Assembly: GCA_045612885.1 (NCBI GenBank)
Contig: JAZKZZ010000015.1
Coordinates: forward strand, 5,431 to 69,430
DNA length: 64,000 nucleotides
Reading direction: 5' to 3'
From: Bacilli bacterium
GTDB lineage: Bacteria; Bacillota_I; Bacilli_A; RFN20; DUOF01
Shown here: piece after piece, positions 32,313 through 43,088 of the stretch
How the letters are laid out: the number at the start of each line of letters is the position of its first letter
Numbering within the stretch: position 1 is the stretch's first letter
Notes under the pieces: model-generated
Databases searched by the model: none
Told to the model about the DNA's origin: nothing
The model's input: only the letters and a program-made list of their open reading frames with translations
Made by a program: the position numbers and the translations under genes

Positions 32313-32990
32313 TTATTCATAATCAGTTAAATCAGGAAAATCAATATCTTTGCTTGAGTAACTAATTTCTAAAGTTGTATCTTTTTGAGCGTCTATTTTA
32401 ACATTTCTCAATCTACCTTTAAGATCATATTTAATTTCATATTCTACATCATCTTTTTTATAAGAATATCCAATTCCTATAACATAGAAAGGAGAGAATG
32501 AAAATGCAATATAAGTTTTTGATTTTTCGTTTAAAGTAAATAAGCCATCAACACCGCTAAGCGCTCTTCCAAGTGAAGGATATTGACTTATAAAATAATT
32601 ATAGCTCATGCTTTCTACAGACTTTATTCCATCTTCTTCTTTATACAAATAACCATCTGCATAATAATATGTAATTTCTTTATCTTCAACTTCACATACC
32701 GTTTTCACGTTCACACTACCATCTGCCTCAACATAATATTGAGCTTCAAAAGATTCACAATTGTCTACATTTTCACCTTTAACTTGGATTCCTGTATGTA
32801 TTTTAAGCCCATTATATGTATATACCAGTTTAGCTTCAGACATTTGTACCATTTCTTCATATTTTTCTTTTTCATATGTAAACATAAGTGCCCCATAGGA
32901 TGATTTAAAAGCAAAGATATTGAAAAACACGCTAAATACTAATGCTATAAACATAAGTACTATTAAAGTAATTTTTAAACCTTTTTTCAT
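32313..32990 (-). CDS. Membrane-anchored hypothetical protein, 225 aa
   Basis: N-terminal signal anchor MKKGLKITLIVLMFIALVFSVFF. Beta-rich extracytoplasmic part. Confidence 0.55.
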   Translation of the reverse strand: MKKGLKITLIVLMFIALVFSVFFNIFAFKSSYGALMFTYEKEKYEEMVQMSEAKLVYTYNGLKIHTGIQVKGENVDNCESFEAQYYVEADGSVNVKTVCEVEDKEITYYYADGYLYKEEDGIKSVESMSYNYFISQYPSLGRALSGVDGLFTLNEKSKTYIAFSFSPFYVIGIGYSYKKDDVEYEIKYDLKGRLRNVKIDAQKDTTLEISYSSKDIDFPDLTDYE

Positions 32991-32993
32991 TAC

Positions 32994-33695
32994 CTATCCC
33001 TCCAATACAAAATCATCGAATTTAGGGAAACTTAAAGCAGTTTCTTTCTTTTTAACCTCTAAATAATCCCCATTTTCATAAGAAATTTTCTCTAAACAAT
33101 CCTTACCATTAACTTCATATTCAACAACTGTTTTTGTTTCCTTTTCTTTTTGTTCAAGTTTAATATTTTTTCTTAACTCAAACTGAGAAAAATCAACTTT
33201 AAGCCTTGTCTTATAAGTTAGATAAGAATCACCACTTGAATATTCTTCTTGAATTAAATCATATGCACCAAGAATGAAGTTTTCCGTATAAGTTTCAATT
33301 ATTTCATTTATATGGGTATTTTCATAAACTCTTTTTGTTTTAAGAGTATCTTTAACTGTATATTTATATCCGTCTCCAGGCATATATGAAACTTCTAATT
33401 GAGTACCTGCTTTATTATATTTTTTCTCAACTATCTTACATTGCATTGCTTCAAGATTTTGACAAAGAATTTGTCCTATAACATAATGTTCCTCATCTAA
33501 TTTAGTTTTATAATTAAAATAATTTACATTTTCAAATTCTACTTCTGTTCTTGCTATTATTTTTTCTCTTCCTCTAGTATTATCTTTAAATACCATTCCA
33601 TAATTTGTAGAAAGACCTAAAATAATACTAAGACTAACACTAAGTATAAAAGCCAACGTTAAGAACGCTATTGAAAAAGTTTTTAAATACTTCAT
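32994..33695 (-). CDS. Membrane-anchored hypothetical protein, 233 aa
   Basis: N-terminal signal anchor. Architecture similar to the 225-aa neighbour. 3-nt spacing from it. Confidence 0.55.
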   Translation of the reverse strand: MKYLKTFSIAFLTLAFILSVSLSIILGLSTNYGMVFKDNTRGREKIIARTEVEFENVNYFNYKTKLDEEHYVIGQILCQNLEAMQCKIVEKKYNKAGTQLEVSYMPGDGYKYTVKDTLKTKRVYENTHINEIIETYTENFILGAYDLIQEEYSSGDSYLTYKTRLKVDFSQFELRKNIKLEQKEKETKTVVEYEVNGKDCLEKISYENGDYLEVKKKETALSFPKFDDFVLEG

Positions 33696-33696
33696 A

Positions 33697-35274
33697 TTAA
33701 TACTCCTTTTTCCTTTCTATTAAAATATTGCCCGTCATTTCTTCTGGAACTCCATATCCCATAAGTTCTAACAAAGTCGGAGCTATATCTGATAGTTTTC
33801 CTCTTTCGACACTAAATTTCACCTTTCCATCAGTAATTAAAAACGGAACTGGACTTGTTGTGTGACTTGTAACTAAATTGTTATTTTCATCGTATACTAT
33901 ATCAGCATTTCCATGATCAGCAGTAAGTAACATTACTCCACCAACATGTTCATTTGCATGATATATTCTACCAACACATTCATCTACTGCCTCTACAGCT
34001 TTCACTATAGAATCAAATACTGCAGTGTGACCTACCATATCACAATTTGCAAAGTTAACAATAATTACATCATACTTTTCTTCTTCAATTGCCTCTACTA
34101 ATTTATCCGTAACTTCATATATAGACATTTCAGGTTTTAAATCATATGTAGCTACTTTTGGGGAATTAATTAAAATTCTATCGCACATATTCAATTCTGG
34201 TTGCTCAACACCATCATGATTTTTTGTTCCATCTAAGAAGAAAGTAACATGTGGATATTTTTCAGTTTCTGCTATACGAAGCTGAGTATGATTATTATTT
34301 GCTAAATATTCTCCTATTGTGTTCTTTAAATCATCTAATTTAAACGCAATATGACCATGCACGGAATCAGCGTATTTCATCATACATGTATAATCTAAAT
34401 TAGATATTTTTATTTCGGGAACTAGTTTATCTTGATAAAAATATGGATTAGTAAATAAAGTTGATAATTGAATTGCTCTATCTGGTCTAAAATTTAAGAA
34501 AATTATACCATCATTATCAGCTATTCCCTCTTTTATTTCTTTATTGAATGCAGGAATAATAAATTCATCGCTATCATCAAATCCTATTGATGGTAAATCA
34601 GAATATTGGGCTTTAACATAGTCCATCGGATTGATAAAACTATTTCCTTCTAAATTAACCATTGCTTTATAGGCTTTATATGTTCTATCAATATTTGTAT
34701 CTCTGTCCATTGAGTAATATCTACCGGAAATTGAAGCGACAACTCCTATTCCTAATTCTTTTATCTTCTCTTCTAGTTTAGGATAAAACTCTAAGAACCC
34801 ATGTTTGTCAACATCTCTTCCATCTAAAAATAAATGTAATCTTAAATCTTTTACATTTTCTTTTTTTGCCATTTCCATCATTGCAAATAAATGATTCATA
34901 TGAGAGTGTACACCACCATCACTAAATAATATAAATAAATTTAATTTAGAATCATTTTTATTCACATGCTTAATTGTATGTAATAGTTGTTCGTTAGTAT
35001 AAAAAGTTCCATCTTCTATCTCTTTGTTTATAAGGGTTAAAGATTGATAAACTATTCTTCCTGCTCCTATGTTCATATGTCCTACTTCACTATTTCCCAT
35101 TTGACCATCAGGTAAACCTACTGGTTCACCACTAGCATCAAGCAAGATATGTGGATATTGTTTCATTAAATGATCAATATTTGGTGTGTTACTAGCTTTA
35201 ATTGCATTTCCTTGTTCTTCTTCTCTTATACCATATCCATCCATGATACAAAGAATTGCATGCTTATAACTCAT
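33697..35274 (-). CDS. gpmI: 2,3-bisphosphoglycerate-independent phosphoglycerate mutase
   Basis: iPGM metalloenzyme motifs, including ILCIMDGYG at the N-terminus. 525 aa. Confidence 0.93.
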   Translation of the reverse strand: MSYKHAILCIMDGYGIREEEQGNAIKASNTPNIDHLMKQYPHILLDASGEPVGLPDGQMGNSEVGHMNIGAGRIVYQSLTLINKEIEDGTFYTNEQLLHTIKHVNKNDSKLNLFILFSDGGVHSHMNHLFAMMEMAKKENVKDLRLHLFLDGRDVDKHGFLEFYPKLEEKIKELGIGVVASISGRYYSMDRDTNIDRTYKAYKAMVNLEGNSFINPMDYVKAQYSDLPSIGFDDSDEFIIPAFNKEIKEGIADNDGIIFLNFRPDRAIQLSTLFTNPYFYQDKLVPEIKISNLDYTCMMKYADSVHGHIAFKLDDLKNTIGEYLANNNHTQLRIAETEKYPHVTFFLDGTKNHDGVEQPELNMCDRILINSPKVATYDLKPEMSIYEVTDKLVEAIEEEKYDVIIVNFANCDMVGHTAVFDSIVKAVEAVDECVGRIYHANEHVGGVMLLTADHGNADIVYDENNNLVTSHTTSPVPFLITDGKVKFSVERGKLSDIAPTLLELMGYGVPEEMTGNILIERKKEY

Positions 35275-35276
35275 AC

Positions 35277-36035
35277 TTATTCCTCAATACTTTCAATCAT
35301 TTCAATAAATGAACTAGCTTCTAAAGATGCTCCTCCAACTAAAGCTCCATCAATATTTTCATCATCCAAATATTCTTTAATATTGTTAGGTTTTACACTT
35401 CCCCCATACAACATATAAACTCCACTTGATACATCTTCACCATATTTTTCTTTAATTACTTCAATAATATATCCACACATTTCACTAGCAATTTCTTTAC
35501 TAGCGTTTTTACCTGTTCCAATTGACCAAACTGGTTCATAAGCAATTGTTAAATTAGATATATAATCTTCACTTAGTCCTTCTAATCCTTGTAAAACCTG
35601 TTTCTTTAAAACATCTTTAGTTTTACCTTCCTCATATTCTTTTAAAGTTTCTCCAACACAATAAACAGCATTCATTTGGTGTGCTTCTAAGGCTTTAAGT
35701 TTTAAATTACAAGTATTATTAGTTTCATTGAAATATTGTCTTCTTTCGCTATGTCCTACTAAAGATCCCATAACTCCTATTTCTTCTAACATAGGAATTG
35801 AAACTTCTCCAGTAAAAGCACCCTTCTCTTCATAATGTACATTTTGAGCGAAAGTTAAAAGACTACCCCCTAATTTTTTTAAGATTGGCAAACATAAATA
35901 TCCAGGTGCAATACCAAGAATTATATTTTTCTTTTCAACTTCATTTGCTTTTTCTCTTACAACATTAGCAAACTCAATTGCTTGTTGCATAGTTTTATTC
36001 ATCTTCCAGTTACCAATTAATATTTTTCTTTTCAT
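35277..36035 (-). CDS. tpiA: Triosephosphate isomerase
   Basis: GNWKMN, VGHSERR and AYEPVWSIGTG motifs. Confidence 0.95.
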   Translation of the reverse strand: MKRKILIGNWKMNKTMQQAIEFANVVREKANEVEKKNIILGIAPGYLCLPILKKLGGSLLTFAQNVHYEEKGAFTGEVSIPMLEEIGVMGSLVGHSERRQYFNETNNTCNLKLKALEAHQMNAVYCVGETLKEYEEGKTKDVLKKQVLQGLEGLSEDYISNLTIAYEPVWSIGTGKNASKEIASEMCGYIIEVIKEKYGEDVSSGVYMLYGGSVKPNNIKEYLDDENIDGALVGGASLEASSFIEMIESIEE

Positions 36036-36044
36036 TTTTCTCCC

Positions 36045-37253
36045 CTACTTATCTTGAATTATTTCTATACCTGGTAATACACCATTATTTTCAATCATTT
36101 CTAGTGATGCTCCCCCACCAGTAGAAACATGTGAAAATTTATCTTTATATCCAAATTCTTTACTAGCAGCAGCACTGTCCCCACCACCAATAACACTAAA
36201 GGCATTATCTAGTGAGGCAATATAAGCACATACACTCTTAGTACCATTGCTAAACCTAGAATCTTCAAATACTCCCATTGGACCGTTCCAGAAGATAACT
36301 TTTGCATCACTTAATACACTTTTATATAATTCGATAGTTTCTTCTCCAATATCAAGTCCCATAAACCCATCTTCAATTTCACCCTTACATAGTTTAATCT
36401 CATTTGGATTCTCAAAATCATCAGCACATACATGATCAACTGGTAAAACTATTTTTCCATTTGCCTTTTCTAAACAATTTTTAGCAAAATCTAATTGATC
36501 TTGTTCAACTCTACTCTTACCAATGTTAATTCCTTTACTTGCTAAGAAGGTATACGCCATTGCTCCACCAATAATAATTTTATCTACTTTTTCAAGTAAA
36601 GACTCTATTACTTTTATCTTATCACTTACTTTAGCTCCACCTAAAACCGCTACATAAGGATGTTCTTTTGCTTCAACACACTTACTTAATGAATCTACTT
36701 CTTTTTCCATTAAAAAGCCTAACGCTGTTTCTTTACCTTCATTAGTTAAAATCTCTGCTACACCATAAGTAGAACTGTGACTTCTATGAGCGCTACCAAA
36801 TGCATCCATAACAAATACATCTTTATTTTTTGCCAATTCTTTAGCTAGTTCAGGATCATTTTTAGTTTCTCCTTTTATATATCTAGTGTTTTGAATAAGC
36901 ATTACTTCTCCCTGTTTTAAGCTAGCCCATGTGTTATCAACTTTTTCTCCATAGACTTCATCAACATAAGTTACTTTTTTACCTAAAAGTTCTTCTAACT
37001 TACTGACAACAAATTTCATATCATTTTTAGCTTTGTCAAGAGGAGTTTTTTCAGGATCCTTAAAATCTATCTTTCCTAAATGTGAACATAGACACACTTT
37101 AGCTCCATTGTCTAATAAGTAATTTATTGTAGGTAAAGCCTCTTTAATTCTATTATCATCTTTAACTTTTCCTTCTTTTAAAGGTACGTTGAAATCTACT
37201 CTAACAAGTACTCCTTTACCCTTAAAATCTATATCTTTTATTGTTTTCTTCAT
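36045..37253 (-). CDS. pgk: Phosphoglycerate kinase
   Basis: RVDFNVP N-terminal motif and the later GGGA/ATP-binding regions. 402 aa. Confidence 0.95.
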   Translation of the reverse strand: MKKTIKDIDFKGKGVLVRVDFNVPLKEGKVKDDNRIKEALPTINYLLDNGAKVCLCSHLGKIDFKDPEKTPLDKAKNDMKFVVSKLEELLGKKVTYVDEVYGEKVDNTWASLKQGEVMLIQNTRYIKGETKNDPELAKELAKNKDVFVMDAFGSAHRSHSSTYGVAEILTNEGKETALGFLMEKEVDSLSKCVEAKEHPYVAVLGGAKVSDKIKVIESLLEKVDKIIIGGAMAYTFLASKGINIGKSRVEQDQLDFAKNCLEKANGKIVLPVDHVCADDFENPNEIKLCKGEIEDGFMGLDIGEETIELYKSVLSDAKVIFWNGPMGVFEDSRFSNGTKSVCAYIASLDNAFSVIGGGDSAAASKEFGYKDKFSHVSTGGGASLEMIENNGVLPGIEIIQDK

Positions 37254-37298
37254 TTATATTCTCCTTTTAAAAAAAGTACCCTTGTGGGTACTTATTTA

Positions 37299-38330
37299 TT
37301 ATTTTAAGTTAAGTACTTCAGCAAGTTTATTAGCAATTCTTATATATTGGCAAGTATATGAGAATTCATTATCATACCATGCTACAACTTTAACATATTG
37401 TTTTCCTTCTGGATTAGTTAATACTACTGTTTGAGTAGCATCAAACAATGAACCGTTTTCAAGTCCAATAATGTCGCTAGAAACGATAGGTTCTTCTGTA
37501 TAACCTAAAACGTCCTTTAGTGTAGTTTCACTTGCTTTTTTCATAGCAGCATTAATTTCTTCTTTAGTAACTTCTTTCTTTAAAGTTAAAGTTAAATCTA
37601 CCAAAGACCCATCAATTACAGGAACTCTTATAGCTCCACCTTGTAATTTTCCTTTTAATGCAGGAATAACTAAGTGTAGTGCTTTAGCAGCACCTGTGCT
37701 TGTAGGAATTATATTAGCAGCACTTGCTCTTCCTCTTCTGAAATCTTTTTCTTTTACTAAATCTAGAGTAGTTTGATCATTTGTATAAGCGTGAACTGTA
37801 GTCATAAATCCACCCTCTACTCCAAAGTTATCTTCTAATACTTTCATAACAGGCGCTAAACAGTTAGTAGTACAACTTGCTCCTGAAATTACAGCCATAT
37901 CTTTAGTTAATTCATTATCATTTACTCCATAAACAAATGTAGGAGTTTCGCTATCTGCAGGAGCACTAATTACTACACCTTTAACTCCACCAACGTTGAT
38001 ATGAACACTAGCATCGGCTTTACCTTTGAATCTACCAGTACACTCAAGTACTAACTCTGCACCATAGTCACTCCATTTAATATTATTAGGATCTTTTTCT
38101 CCTATTACTGGAATCTTTCTTCCATCAAAAATTATGTTTTTTTCATCTGATTCGATAGTGTGTCCCTTGAATTGCTTTTGAGCACTATCATATTTTAATA
38201 AGTAAGCTAAGTTCTTAGCACTTGATAAGTCATTGATAGCTACAACTTCAAATTCTCCTGTTTCTACACCTCTTCTGAACGCTAAACGTCCAATTCTTCC
38301 AAATCCATTAATTGCAATTTTAACTGCCAT
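37299..38330 (-). CDS. gap: Glyceraldehyde-3-phosphate dehydrogenase
   Basis: INGFGRIGR NAD-binding motif. ASCTTNCLAP catalytic-Cys motif. Confidence 0.95.
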   Translation of the reverse strand: MAVKIAINGFGRIGRLAFRRGVETGEFEVVAINDLSSAKNLAYLLKYDSAQKQFKGHTIESDEKNIIFDGRKIPVIGEKDPNNIKWSDYGAELVLECTGRFKGKADASVHINVGGVKGVVISAPADSETPTFVYGVNDNELTKDMAVISGASCTTNCLAPVMKVLEDNFGVEGGFMTTVHAYTNDQTTLDLVKEKDFRRGRASAANIIPTSTGAAKALHLVIPALKGKLQGGAIRVPVIDGSLVDLTLTLKKEVTKEEINAAMKKASETTLKDVLGYTEEPIVSSDIIGLENGSLFDATQTVVLTNPEGKQYVKVVAWYDNEFSYTCQYIRIANKLAEVLNLK

Positions 38331-38423
38331 ATTAATTTCCCCCTTATAATTTCATTATAACCACTTTTAGAGATTACATCAATTTTAGAGGTAATAATTT
38401 AATAATATTCTATTATTACGAGT

Positions 38424-38449
38424 AAGAAAAAAACGATGGAACCCATCGT
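38424..38449 (-). terminator. Terminator of the Sel1-repeat gene, upstream of the gap promoter region
   Basis: aacgatgg-aac-ccatcgtt hairpin, followed by a T-run on the minus strand. Confidence 0.6.
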
Positions 38450-38458
38450 TTTAATTTT

Positions 38459-40174
38459 CTATTCTTGACTACCAGCCATTTGTTTAATATATTCTAATTT
38501 TTCCTCATCATAATAAGCTTCACTGCCATAAATAGTAGCTAAAAGTTCATAAGCTTTCTTATTTCCACCTTCCATAGCTATATTTAACCAATACATAGCA
38601 GTTTGATAATCTTGTATTGACTCTTCATTTATATAAAGTTCACCAAGTTTTAATGCGCTATCTAAATGACCATCGGTAGCAGCACTAGTATATGCATTTA
38701 CCGCGCTAGTAATATCTTTAATAGTGCCTATTCCCTTTTCATAACAATATCCTAAATTAAATTTAGCGTTAGTAACATTTCCTTCACTTGCTTTTTTAAA
38801 CCAATAAACTCCTAGTTCCTTAGAAACTTTTACACCTTTACCATTAATATATGCGATTCCTAAATTACACATAGCACTATAATGATTCAAATCACTTGCT
38901 TTTGAGTAAAGTTCAAACGCTTTTTTATCATCTTTTACCACAATGTGTCCTGCAGAATACCATCTTGCTAATTTATAATAAGCTTCTGCATTAGCTAATT
39001 TCGCACATTTTTCTAATAGCATTAGTGCTTTATGTGAATCTGTTGACTCAATCCTACTAGCCAATAATAACATAGCATCAACATTTTCCCCATCACAAGC
39101 TAATTCTAAATAATACATTGCTCTATCTTCATCAGCATTTAATCCATAACCGTTAAAATACATCAACGCTAAATAGTAACTACTAGTAGCATCTCCTTGT
39201 TCACTAGCTTTATAAAAACATTCAAACGCTTTCTTGTAATCTAATTGAGCGATTTCTCCCTCATAACATAAGATACCTAATTCTCTTAAGCAATCAACAT
39301 CATTTTGCCCTTTTAATAACCATTCAATTCGACGTAAATGATCTTCTTTTTCTAAATAAATTTGACTTAAGTAGTAACAAGCTTTATATGATCCTTGCGC
39401 ATAAGCATTTTCATAACAATCAATGATAACTTGCTCATCACTACCCTTATCTTGATAACACTTAGCTAAATACGTATAAGATAATGAATGATCCATATCA
39501 GCAGATTTTTTAAATAAACCTATTGCTCTTTCTGTATCTTTACTAACTCCAAAGCCTTCTTTATAACACATACCAAGATTGAAAATAGCAACTACATTAT
39601 CTTCTCTAGCAGCACTATTGTAATATTCAGCAGCAAGAGTAGGATTCTTTTCTACTCCAACTCCATTAGCGTAGCAATATCCAACATTAACCATTGCCTT
39701 TACATGACCATTATCGCTAGCTTTTTTAAACCACACAAATGCACTTTGGAAATCTTGATTAGTTCCCCAACCATGCTTAGCCATTAAAGCCAATTGATAT
39801 AATGCATCTGGATTTTCGCTTGTTGCACTTGCTCTATAATATAAATCAAATGCTAATTTCATATCTTTTTCAGTTCCTAAACCATCTTTATACAAATTAG
39901 CTAATTTGATTAATGCTTCTGTATTTCCATAGGTGCTAGCTCTTGTGTACCACAAAACAGACTTTTGAAAGTCTTGTTTAATAAATATTCCATTAGCGTA
40001 ATAATCTCCAATTTTAATTTGAGCTTCAATATGCCCATCATTAGCAGATTCTAAAAACCAACGAAAAGCCTCACGAAACTTTTCCTCTTTTTCAAAACTA
40101 ATCCCAGCTAAATATTTAGATTCAGCGCCATTATTTTTTGCCACTCTTACAACTTCTTTTAATTCTTTATTCAT
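38459..40174 (-). CDS. Sel1/TPR-like repeat protein, 571 aa
   Basis: More than 12 Sel1-type repeats (A..YY..A...G...A...LG..Y..G.GV..D...A..W..KAA). No signal peptide. Confidence 0.8.
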   Translation of the reverse strand: MNKELKEVVRVAKNNGAESKYLAGISFEKEEKFREAFRWFLESANDGHIEAQIKIGDYYANGIFIKQDFQKSVLWYTRASTYGNTEALIKLANLYKDGLGTEKDMKLAFDLYYRASATSENPDALYQLALMAKHGWGTNQDFQSAFVWFKKASDNGHVKAMVNVGYCYANGVGVEKNPTLAAEYYNSAAREDNVVAIFNLGMCYKEGFGVSKDTERAIGLFKKSADMDHSLSYTYLAKCYQDKGSDEQVIIDCYENAYAQGSYKACYYLSQIYLEKEDHLRRIEWLLKGQNDVDCLRELGILCYEGEIAQLDYKKAFECFYKASEQGDATSSYYLALMYFNGYGLNADEDRAMYYLELACDGENVDAMLLLASRIESTDSHKALMLLEKCAKLANAEAYYKLARWYSAGHIVVKDDKKAFELYSKASDLNHYSAMCNLGIAYINGKGVKVSKELGVYWFKKASEGNVTNAKFNLGYCYEKGIGTIKDITSAVNAYTSAATDGHLDSALKLGELYINEESIQDYQTAMYWLNIAMEGGNKKAYELLATIYGSEAYYDEEKLEYIKQMAGSQE

Positions 40175-40374
40175 TATCCATCATCTCCATATCTAAACTG
40201 CACTTATATTCTAAACTACACAAGCGATAATTTCAATAAGAATTTTATACAAAACATGTATAATTCTATAAAAAAAAACATTGAATCTCAACTTTTTTTA
40301 TTTATTTTATAAATATTTCTTTTTTTAGTTATAAAAACAGGAAAAAATCCCATATTTATTAAAGAGGCGATACT

Positions 40375-40947
40375 ATGATAATACCTACTGTTAGTCAAAA
40401 TTTTGGAAATTCAGAAAAATCGATGGATATCTATTCTTTACTTTTAGATGAAAGAATTATCATCTTAAATGGCGAAATAGATGATAATTTGGCAATGAAT
40501 GTTGTTGCACAACTTTTATATTTGTATAATAAAAATTCTAGTAAAGATATAAGTTTATACATCAATTCTCCCGGAGGGAGCATAAGTGCAGGTATGGCAA
40601 TTTATGATACTATGAACTTTATAAAATGTGATGTTAGTACTATCGGAATAGGGATGTGCGCTAGTATGGGAGCTTTTTTACTTTCTAGTGGAGCAAAAGG
40701 AAAAAGATATGCCCTTAAAAATAGCGAAATCATGATACATCAACCCCTTGGTGGAGCCAAAGGCCAAGTAAGTGACATATCTATAGTTACTAAAAGATTA
40801 TTATCAATCAAAGATAACATAAATAAAATATTATCCATCAATACAGGTAAAGAATTAAAGCAAATTGAATCCGATTGTGAACGCGACTATTATATGAATA
40901 GTGATGAAGCAAAAGACTATGGTTTAATCGATAAGATTATTGAATAG
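40375..40947 (+). CDS. clpP: ATP-dependent Clp protease proteolytic subunit
   Basis: Catalytic triad context: GMAASMGA with the active-site Ser, and the later His/Asp regions. 190 aa. Confidence 0.95.
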   Translation: MIIPTVSQNFGNSEKSMDIYSLLLDERIIILNGEIDDNLAMNVVAQLLYLYNKNSSKDISLYINSPGGSISAGMAIYDTMNFIKCDVSTIGIGMCASMGAFLLSSGAKGKRYALKNSEIMIHQPLGGAKGQVSDISIVTKRLLSIKDNINKILSINTGKELKQIESDCERDYYMNSDEAKDYGLIDKIIE

Positions 40948-41992
40948 TCTTTTCTTTTTTATTCATAGTTTTAATAAAGAAGACAAAACCAATAACAATT
41001 GGCACAAAATAAGTAAGGGTTCTCCACACTAAAACTGTACTAACAAGATATGCTTGCTCAAATAAAGCGTTATAAACAAGTAAAAAACTAAACTCTATTG
41101 CGCCACTTGCTCCAGGAATTGGAATTATACTTCCTATATAATAGATAAGTTGCGACAACATAAAGCTATATAAAAACATTCCTAAATCAAATCCACTCTT
41201 AGAAATCAATAGATAGGAAATGTATGGAACACTACCCCAAATTAAATTTTTAACTATGTAGAAAAATAACACTAATATAGATTCTTTAAAATTTAATAAA
41301 AAATTTTTAATTACCTGTCTATATAAACTTAATTTTCCTTCTTGTTCTTTACAATATTTATCAACATCTGTAATTCTTTTTAACTTTAGTAAAACCCAAG
41401 AACTTCCTTTTATAAATAATGTTTGTAAAAAAGAGTTAAAAGCAACAAGTAAACAAATAACTAACATTAAAAAATTGTATATCAATCCAATTAATGCTAC
41501 TAATCCCAAATCGACATGTATCTCCCCAAGAAATATCGTTATATCGTGACTATAACAAAAAAACATACAAACAGAACATGTTAAAATAGTATTTAAAACC
41601 CATATAAAATTACCTTCAATAAACGACGCTATAGCTTTATCTAGTTTTAACCCTGACTTAGTATAACAATAAACAATTGAAGGAGCATTCCCTAATTTTA
41701 AAGGTGTTATATTCGAAAATAACGCACCTGTACAATAAGAGCCTATCGCATCTATGTATTCAATATTTTCATCATTACTTTTTATTACTAATTTTGTTAT
41801 ATAGCCTTCAATTAGAATATTAGTTAAATATACTGTTAACAATATTAAAATACCCACAATACCAATATTTGTTATAGCCTTTAATTTTTCTTTGGGATTT
41901 TCTTTTAATAGATTAAAAACAGTAAGTGATGTTATTAATAAAATAACAATTATATCAATGATATATATTATTTTTTTCTTTTTATTCATCAA
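40937..41992 (-). CDS. Polytopic membrane protein (UPF0104/flippase-like family?)
   Basis: About 8 TM helices. Segment [21 protein letters not shown] resembles UPF0104 (LPG-synthase TM-region family). Confidence 0.5.
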   Translation of the reverse strand: MMNKKKKIIYIIDIIVILLITSLTVFNLLKENPKEKLKAITNIGIVGILILLTVYLTNILIEGYITKLVIKSNDENIEYIDAIGSYCTGALFSNITPLKLGNAPSIVYCYTKSGLKLDKAIASFIEGNFIWVLNTILTCSVCMFFCYSHDITIFLGEIHVDLGLVALIGLIYNFLMLVICLLVAFNSFLQTLFIKGSSWVLLKLKRITDVDKYCKEQEGKLSLYRQVIKNFLLNFKESILVLFFYIVKNLIWGSVPYISYLLISKSGFDLGMFLYSFMLSQLIYYIGSIIPIPGASGAIEFSFLLVYNALFEQAYLVSTVLVWRTLTYFVPIVIGFVFFIKTMNKKEKTIQ

Positions 41993-43088
41993 TGTTACTC
42001 CTTTTTCTTATTGATTCATTTATTACAAATGAACATGAAAAAGCAAATTGCAAATTGTATCCTCCACACATACCATCACAATCTAAGACTTCTCCACCAA
42101 TAAATATATTGCTATTATCTTTTAAAGATAAATCCGAATTAATTTGATTTAAATTAACTCCTCCAGAGACTACTTGAGCATTCTTTATCTCTTCCATTCC
42201 CTTAACATTAAATTCTATATTTGTTAAATCATTAATATTATATAAAGTAATATATTCCTCCATTTTAGGATGAACTAGTCCTAACAAATCATCACTATTA
42301 ATATCTGAATATGAATCATGTAATAAATCTAGTACAATTTTATATTCATTATTTATATCCCTATTTATAATGCTAGACATATTAAAAATTACTATTCCAC
42401 TTAATGAATTTTCTTTAAATAACACTTCTCCAGTTTCGTTATAAAAAAACTCGCCATTTTTAAATAGTTTAACTAAGCATTTAACCCTAACTCCCTCTAA
42501 TAGTTTTAGATTTTCTTTAACTACAACAGGGACTAGGCTTGGTTTTAATTCTGTTATATTCAATCCATATTCTTTTAAATATGAATATGCATGTTCACTT
42601 CCTAAGTTACTAGCACTACTACCACTTGAACATACAACATAGTCAAAAGGTTCAACCTTATTATTATAGTGTACGTCAATTTGTTCATTATTTTTTTCTA
42701 ATTTTACAACTTTACTATCTAATAATATTCTTGTTTTATTTAATCCTTTTTTTAATATGTTCAATAAACTAAGGCTGGACTCACTTAAAGGGTATGCTCT
42801 ATTTTCATTATCAACTCTATAAGCTAAGCCAAGTGAAGTTAAATAATTTCTAAAATAATAACTATTATATTGATCTACTATTTTATTAGCAAAACCATTA
42901 TTATATTTTCCTTTATAATTTCCAATATTAGTAAAATTACACTTACCATTACCACTAGCAAGTATCTTTTTTCCTAATTTATTGTTCTTTTCAAATAAAG
43001 TTACATCAAAATCATCTTTTAATAAATTAGCTAATAATATCCCACAAGCTCCCGCTCCTATAATAGCTACTCTTTTCAAAATCATCAC
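41982..43088 (-). CDS. HI0933-like FAD-dependent oxidoreductase (BaiN/aminoacetone-oxidase family)
   Basis: N-terminal GAGACG dinucleotide-binding motif. SGNGKCNFTN family motif. Confidence 0.7.
   Translation of the reverse strand: MMILKRVAIIGAGACGILLANLLKDDFDVTLFEKNNKLGKKILASGNGKCNFTNIGNYKGKYNNGFANKIVDQYNSYYFRNYLTSLGLAYRVDNENRAYPLSESSLSLLNILKKGLNKTRILLDSKVVKLEKNNEQIDVHYNNKVEPFDYVVCSSGSSASNLGSEHAYSYLKEYGLNITELKPSLVPVVVKENLKLLEGVRVKCLVKLFKNGEFFYNETGEVLFKENSLSGIVIFNMSSIINRDINNEYKIVLDLLHDSYSDINSDDLLGLVHPKMEEYITLYNINDLTNIEFNVKGMEEIKNAQVVSGGVNLNQINSDLSLKDNSNIFIGGEVLDCDGMCGGYNLQFAFSCSFVINESIRKRSNIDE

Noticed and set aside
40175-40374. CtsR operator (A/GGTCAAA heptad direct repeat) upstream of clpP
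   Set aside because: No GGTCAAA-type direct repeat was found in the 200-nt upstream region.
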